Assembly: GCA_051294905.1 (NCBI GenBank)
Contig: CM119372.1
Location: 14,570,001 to 14,634,000 of the forward strand
DNA length: 64,000 nucleotides
Reading direction: 5' to 3'
Source of the DNA: Botryllus schlosseri
Taxonomy: Eukaryota
The notes beneath the pieces were generated by a model. The model was given only the letters and a program-made list of their open reading frames with translations. It ran no database searches and was not told where the DNA came from. The translations under genes were made by a program, and so were the position numbers. The first letter of the stretch is position 1, and each line of letters opens with the position of its first letter. This document shows positions 57,991 through 64,000 of this stretch, piece by piece.

Positions 57991-59826
57991 ATAACATAGG
58001 CGACTAGGCCTATTGTTAAAGGACTTTTAACGACGCGTATTGGATGAAGCGACTACGAGAATGAAATGTTACTCACTTGACACGCATGTCTTCGGTATGT
58101 CAAAGCCAAGTCGCGGGAGTGGTTGCCAGTAATCTAGGTCCGGATGAGACGAGTAGTCACCAGGGATCTAATACCTGTCTTGCCTTGGTCTGCGCTCGTT
58201 GGTTCGATATGGTTTGTCGTAGCTTTCATCCGATATTTATATCGGATATTCCCACGTTAAGAAACCGCTAACAGAAGCGGCAGCATAAACGGTAAAATAA
58301 CGCCGTAACTGTCATATCTTGGCGCTAATAATTTCTCCGCGCTCGAAGAGGAAGACATACGCCATCGGTAACCGTCGTATTACGCGCGCCGTTCGTGCAC
58401 GATTTTTGGCTGCAGCCGAAAACGAAACCATCCTTGTAAACAGATTATTCCGTGGGGCAGGACTGAATGTGTGTTTGTTATGTAAGATGGAGTGTCCGTG
58501 CTCGTAAATTCTAACATAGCCCAGGCATCTGACAGCTGTTATTTCCCGTTTGTGAGTCCAAGCGCCACTGAAGATTTCCCGTATTGGCGTTCCGTCTAAG
58601 TTCACATGATTTTTTATTCGTGCGTTTTCGGTGACACAAATGAGCGTGGGCAAGCTGCTGCAATTCCGCCTATTATTCGTGATTGTATGTGTTTTGCGGT
58701 TCAAATTCCAAACTGCAGACGAATGCGATGGCGCAGAAGAGAGAAAGCTACGCCGAAATCGATGCGAATATATTCTCGGTATCGTTCTGGGAATGGCGCC
58801 GATGTTAAACTGGTAGCAGAACGGAAATACCAACTGAAGCGCTATGCTATCTGCCGCGCGGGGATGAAATCTTCTAGGTTCAACTAGTTTCGACATTGAC
58901 GTGAACACTAAACAGCAGTTTCGATCATAAACATATAATTCATTGCAGTCGCCTGGAGTAATTGCGCCCATAACAAGAGTCCCGTTAGGTCGCGAAAATT
59001 ATATGCAATCAGTACCGTACTTCATCATGTGCATTGTGTGCATGCGAATCCCGAACCTCGCGGTCAACACTGAGAAACTAGTGGAGTCACCTATATTTTC
59101 ATATAAAATAGATGTGATTGTGCGAAGTGTAATCAAAGTAGTCAGAGTTGGTACTGTGGTAGAATAATGATTATAGGCAACAGGCCTATATATGATTGGG
59201 TAGAAGTAGCGACATCCGAAACACGCGAAAACTGCTTCGAGTGGAACTAGTTATTGAAACTTCTGATGGTCTGAAAATTACACGAGTATGGAAGTATTAA
59301 AATGGTAGATTTCGTCGACACGATGTAATTGACACGATGCATCTTCTCGGCTAATGTAAAATGAATACGTAATTTCTGAAAATCCCAAGGTTGCGAATGC
59401 AGGCCTATTTTGCAGAATTTTTATGACGATTACACTCGTAAAAGTGGTGCAGAAATATCGTGAAATTACTTTCTACTTCGTACGTGTAAAAAGCAAATTT
59501 GTCTAAAAAGTTGAGTGGAAGGATGTTGCGAAAATATAAATTTTATTCTGTTTATGGTCCTAGAACTCGCCAAAATCAGCCTAGCGAATTGTTATCGAGT
59601 TTTGCCATTGTGACGCAACAGCACTGTCTGGCTCTTTCTTCTCAGCTTCACTCTCGTTTTGCCAGACAAAATTGTTCCGTCACCATGCCAAAACTCGATC
59701 ACAATGCGAATTGCTAGGCTGATTTTTGGGGGTTCCAGGACCGTGAACAGAATATAAGTTATATTGTTGTATTCATTACAGCAGCAACTTTCGGTCTTGT
59801 GGATTTACAGCTGTATCGGCTATATC

Positions 59827-61130
59827 CAGGGCCGTAACAGCACTTCGTCAGCCCCCCCCAAAACTTTGGTCTTGGGCCCCCCATAGGGTTATAGACCGAA
59901 CGTCTGGGGGGCGAAGCCCCCCAGACCCCCCTCCGGCGATGCTCCTTTACCGCTATTCATCATATTCATTGGGAGTTTGTTTAGTGAATGAGCTTTTGTC
60001 GCGTCAGCGCGCGAAGCGCGGAAAATTTCTAGAATTCATGATTTCATCGGTCAGTATGATCGGGAATTGCATATATTGTTATCAATTTTTATCTTCTCTC
60101 TGCTCACGTAATCAGATTTACCGGTAGAGCTGAGTGAGGTTTGTTTGAAAAGGTAGGACCACTAAATAATAAGTAAACATCTTCGGGCGTATACCCGTTG
60201 GCAGGAACGAAACAGCACCTCGTCAGGCCCCAAAAAACGTGGGTCTTGGGCTCCCATATGGTGATAAAACGCCCCCCCCCCATCACGTTGTTCGCGTTTG
60301 TCACGAAATTATCTGTACTGTATTGTGAGCCAGCGCGAAGCGCGAAAATTTTCGATAATTTATGATAAAGTCGGTCAATCAGATCGGCGATTGCATATAT
60401 ATTAATCTATCAATTTATTGTCCTCTCTACTCACGTAATTCGATTTACCGGTAGAGCTGAGTGAAGTGTCTTGAAAATGGGAGGGTCCGTAAATAAGGAT
60501 TAAACATCTTCGGGCGGGCGGACCCGTTGGTATGACTTCGTTACATGATGTTATTTCGTGACTTCCAGTCTGCTATATCAAAAAATATAGAATCGTCCAA
60601 ACGTAGGCTTCTAAACTAAGAGACGCACACGATTTCACATTGGTATTTCTTCACTGGCATAAAATTTTTCCCAGCAGGATGGTATTTGTCTTGTGAGGTT
60701 CAGATTGCAAAGACAGGAACATTCGGCGCCAGTCATTTACACGCCTATGGACAATTAAACCTATATGTATTTTCTATTATGTATATATAACGAAGTCTTC
60801 GGTCTCGACGGTCTGCATAAGGGCATAGACCTTTTCGGCCAGGCTTTTCTCGCTACCGATCGTTCTGGCACACTTCTTGGAGTCGCATATTATATGGCCT
60901 AAAACTTGATTATGTCTTGGTGGGTCGTGGCGCGGTAATGGCCCAATACCCAATAATATAGATAAATGGTTACTTGAATTCGCGCGCAGCGCGAAAAAAT
61001 TTTGCAAAAATTGCATAAATTTTCAAAAAATACTCTATGATTTATGCTAATTCACAAAATAATTTTGGGCCCCCTTCGAGCTCGGCCCCCCCCCAATTGG
61101 GGGGTTTGGGGTGCGGCAGTTACGGTGCTG
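59827..61130 (+). mobile_element. hAT-type non-autonomous element family E, complete
   Basis: Imperfect TIR CAGGGCCGTAAC / GTTACGGTGCTG; perfect TSD GCTATATC (59819-59826 and 61131-61138). Confidence 0.9.
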
Positions 61131-61215
61131 GCTATATCACAGATGTATCAGCTATATATCACTCAAGTATCAGCTTTATCACTCTAGTATCAGCTGTATC
61201 ACTCTAGTATCAGCT
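61131..61215. repeat. Minisatellite of about 21 bp, about 4 copies (TATCAGCTNTATCACTCTAG)
   Basis: Direct read; a related unit lies left of family E at about 59805-59826. Confidence 0.8.
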
Positions 61216-61345
61216 GGAATAAGTTGACACAGCTCAACAGCGCTTGCCTTGATCGAATGAAAAGAACGACGTAACCCGACCGCAGTGAGATCTGCTTGTG
61301 GATAGTAGGGTTGGAGGCGGGTTATGGTTAAGGCTGGGGTAAGGG

Positions 61346-62285
61346 CAGTGTTGGGATCAAGTCACTATACCTTCGAGTCACGAGTCATTTCGAGTCATTG
61401 CACATTTTGACTCGAGTCAAGTCAAGTCAATCGATTTTCGAAGGTGACTCGAGTCAAGTCAAGTCACTCGTTTTTTAGAGGTGACTCGAGTCAAGTCGAG
61501 TCAAGTCAAGTCCCGAGTCAAGTCACATTTCAAGTCAAACTGAATTTTCAAAGTATGAATGATGATTCAAAGTCATTACATTTTGCTAGATGTGTAAAAG
61601 ACAGATGTATTGGTCATATATCTTGAATCAAATAACGAGTATAAGGTCAAATATACATGCAAAAGGGCGCTGTATCGCTCACGCAGAGGTAGAGCAGCTA
61701 ACGTGAGCCAAAATAGAGGATCGAATACGAAGCGTCGAGAAGTTGAAACAAAATGATATGATATAATATACTATCCATCTACACATCCGTGAGAATATAA
61801 ACGCATAAACTGTATTCGTTCGATTTAAATCATACAAGAGGGTTGGTTAAGGTGGGCACTGCGCGATATAAGCACTGAGCCGTCTAAGAAACAGAGATAC
61901 GTTGCTATTAGAATATGCTACTGCTAGTACATAAACGTAACCTGTCATCAGTTCGTTTTCGGTCAATTTATTTGTGATATAACAATGGTGGATCAGTGAA
62001 ATGTACATTGTACAATCAGTGAATGACCGGTTGCTCTCACAAGTCACACTGGCGTATGGCGAATAATCCGAACATAAACAAGATACAGAGATATTTAATC
62101 TACACCGTTTACTTGATGACTTGAAATTGACTCGTAAATTTTGCTCCGAGTCACGAGTCAATCCACATTTCTGAACCGCCGAGTCAAGTCAAGTCAAGTC
62201 ATTTTGGCAAAGTGACTCGAGTCAAGTCAAGTCATACGAAAAAGTTGACTCGAGTCAAGTCATGACTCGAGTCATCCCAACACTG
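61346..62285 (+). mobile_element. MITE family B, complete (940 bp)
   Basis: TIR CAGTGTTGGGAT...ATCCCAACACTG; perfect TSD GGTAAGGG (61338-61345 and 62286-62293); GACTCGAGTC and AGTCA arrays at both ends. Confidence 0.92.
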
Positions 62286-62451
62286 GGTAAGGGTATCCCA
62301 AGAATAGGGCTGGAGGTGGGTTAGTTTCAAGGTTGGGGTTAGTTTATCCCAGGATTAGGGTTAGAGCGGTTGTAAGGTTGGGGTGAGGGACATGATACTT
62401 TCAACCCTGATGTCTGTGACCCATCTAATCTTAGGATACCTCCCCTAATAC

Positions 62452-62778
62452 TAGGGTTACCGTACGTTCTCCTTTAGGAGGATTTGTCCTTCTTTTTTGA
62501 GACTTTTGAAAATGTCCTCCTTTGTGAGATTTTGTCACCTTTTTTGAGAATTTTGGTTAAATATAGGGCAAAATTGGACTGATATACAGTAAATCAGCAG
62601 TGAAGTAACGCTCCAGCGGATATTTCGGGAGCTGAGCCGGAATGTTGACCTTTTTTTTAGCCAATCGACCAAGGATTGGGAAAAATTTACCATATTTTCA
62701 AGATTTCCCTTCGGTATTCTAAGTTTGAAAATTTTGAAAAGTGTATTCCTTTCCCGATTCCAAAATATGGTAACCCTA
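62452..62778. mobile_element. hAT-type MITE family I
   Basis: TIR TAGGGTTACC...GGTAACCCTA; perfect TSD CCTAATAC (62444-62451 and 62779-62786). Confidence 0.9.
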
Positions 62779-62786
62779 CCTAATAC

Positions 62787-63695
62787 CAGAGGGGGTCAGT
62801 AACGAAGTACTTCTACTTTTTCGAAGTACTAAAGTAGTTTTCCTCTACTTCTGGTACTTACACAAGTAGGTTTTTTTTCGCTACTACTTCTACTTCGTAA
62901 TATCATGTGATCTAGTTACTTACTTTTGCTATTTTCAGTTTGTCAAGTAGAAGTAGTTTCATCCCCAATATGAAAGATAGCCTAAGGAATTTCGGGGCTG
63001 TTTTCACGTTCAATTTTCATAAAAGTCATGTAATACCCAGAATTGTCGTTGCGCTTCGCGCACAGTAGATATGGACTGAAAAATATGTATTAACGAAAGT
63101 ATCGCTGAATATAATTTAGATATCGGGTTGGTTCCGTTTACACCGCATGGTCGCCCACCAAATATTTCATCACGCAGTAGGTATGACCCCCCATAAAGTT
63201 TGAAACTATCGTTTCGCAATCTAGCAATAGCCTAATATACCTAGCAGCTCATGACGTGTCTGAGCAGTGGACTTTGGATCACCGTTGAAACTTTCTGGAC
63301 AAAAGACATGAAATATATTTTCCGCTTTTAAAAAGTAGTATTTGTGTTAGGATCGCATTTCCACATCAATGATAGCATTTACATCCCATGATGTGGACGA
63401 CTGCTTATTCTGGCAAAAATTGACACCTCCTGGGATGCATCAATATAAATCAAGCTCTCTAGACCTTTCGCGTAGCTCCATTTGCAGCTTTTGACAGTCC
63501 ATGCGAAAGAATTACGATCGTTTTCACAACTACTTACTTACTTGAGTAGATTTAAAGTCGGTCAATTCTACTTCTACTTCAAGTAATTTTAAGTTGCTTA
63601 TCAAGGAAGTACTTCTACTCGTACTTGAGTAGATTTTTTCGGCGCTATTTTTACTTCTACCTGAGTAGCTTTGTTGACTACTTTGACCACCTCTG
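62787..63695 (+). mobile_element. MITE family H
   Basis: TIR CAGAGGGGGTCA / TGACCACCTCTG; TACTTCTACT-rich subtermini; flanks CCTAATAC / CTTAATAT (6/8). Confidence 0.8.
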
Positions 63696-63703
63696 CTTAA
63701 TAT

Positions 63704-64000
63704 ACTCCCAACCCAGCCCCAATATCCCCCACCCTAATATCCTCAAACCCTAATATTGGGATACCATTACCCCAACATTTACCTTACACCACCTCCAACA
63801 CTAATATATCACCCTCCCCGAACCTAATATCCATCTCCCCAAACCTAATATCCCTCCCCCAACCCTAATACCCCCCTTGCAACCCTAATATCACCCTCTC
63901 CAACCCTAATAGCCCTCTCCACGAACCCTTATATCCCTTTCCTCAACCCTGATCTCCTCCAACCGAAATCTTGGGATACCCTTACCCCAACGTCCCAACC
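63704..64000. repeat. Degenerate C-rich minisatellite of about 20 bp (AACCCTAATATCCCC-type), running off the window
   Basis: Repeated ACCCTAATA cores; the complementary G-rich arm is at about 61306-61345 and 62286-62400. Confidence 0.8.

Noticed and set aside
58319-58887. Ankyrin-like fragments (FLAAAENETILVNRLFRGAG; GNGADVK) on the plus strand
   Set aside because: Spacing does not fit the 33-aa consensus, the TPLH motif is missing and the frames are disconnected.
63704-64000. True telomere
   Set aside because: The units are degenerate, about 20 bp long rather than (TTAGGG)n, and are mirrored by an inverted arm 2 kb upstream.

Overview
Intron-containing animal genomic DNA, AT-rich, with canonical GT-AG introns (several only about 60-90 nt). 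The FoxN sequence is chordate-like, so an invertebrate chordate such as an ascidian is plausible, but that is inference. Four spliced or spliceable protein-coding genes were reconstructed by hand, all on the minus strand: (1) a 13-coding-exon ALDH3 aldehyde dehydrogenase (about 473 aa) ending in a CaaX box; (2) CHTOP/FOP with an intronless CDS; (3) an 18-exon LDL-receptor-family gene (about 1062 aa) with an atypical Sushi/CCP domain; (4) a 13-coding-exon FoxN1/4 forkhead factor (about 723 aa). Introns and intergenic DNA are packed with mobile elements: a young 5'-truncated L1/Tx1-type LINE with a perfect 16-bp TSD, CR1/L2-type 3' fragments, a tRNA-derived SINE head, and many non-autonomous hAT-type MITEs (8-bp TSDs) and TA-flanked MITEs, often nested. 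I found no evidence for a prokaryotic or viral system, CRISPR array, rRNA or intact tRNA. The most novel-looking item is the LDLR-like receptor architecture. All exon structures are manual predictions and need transcript confirmation.
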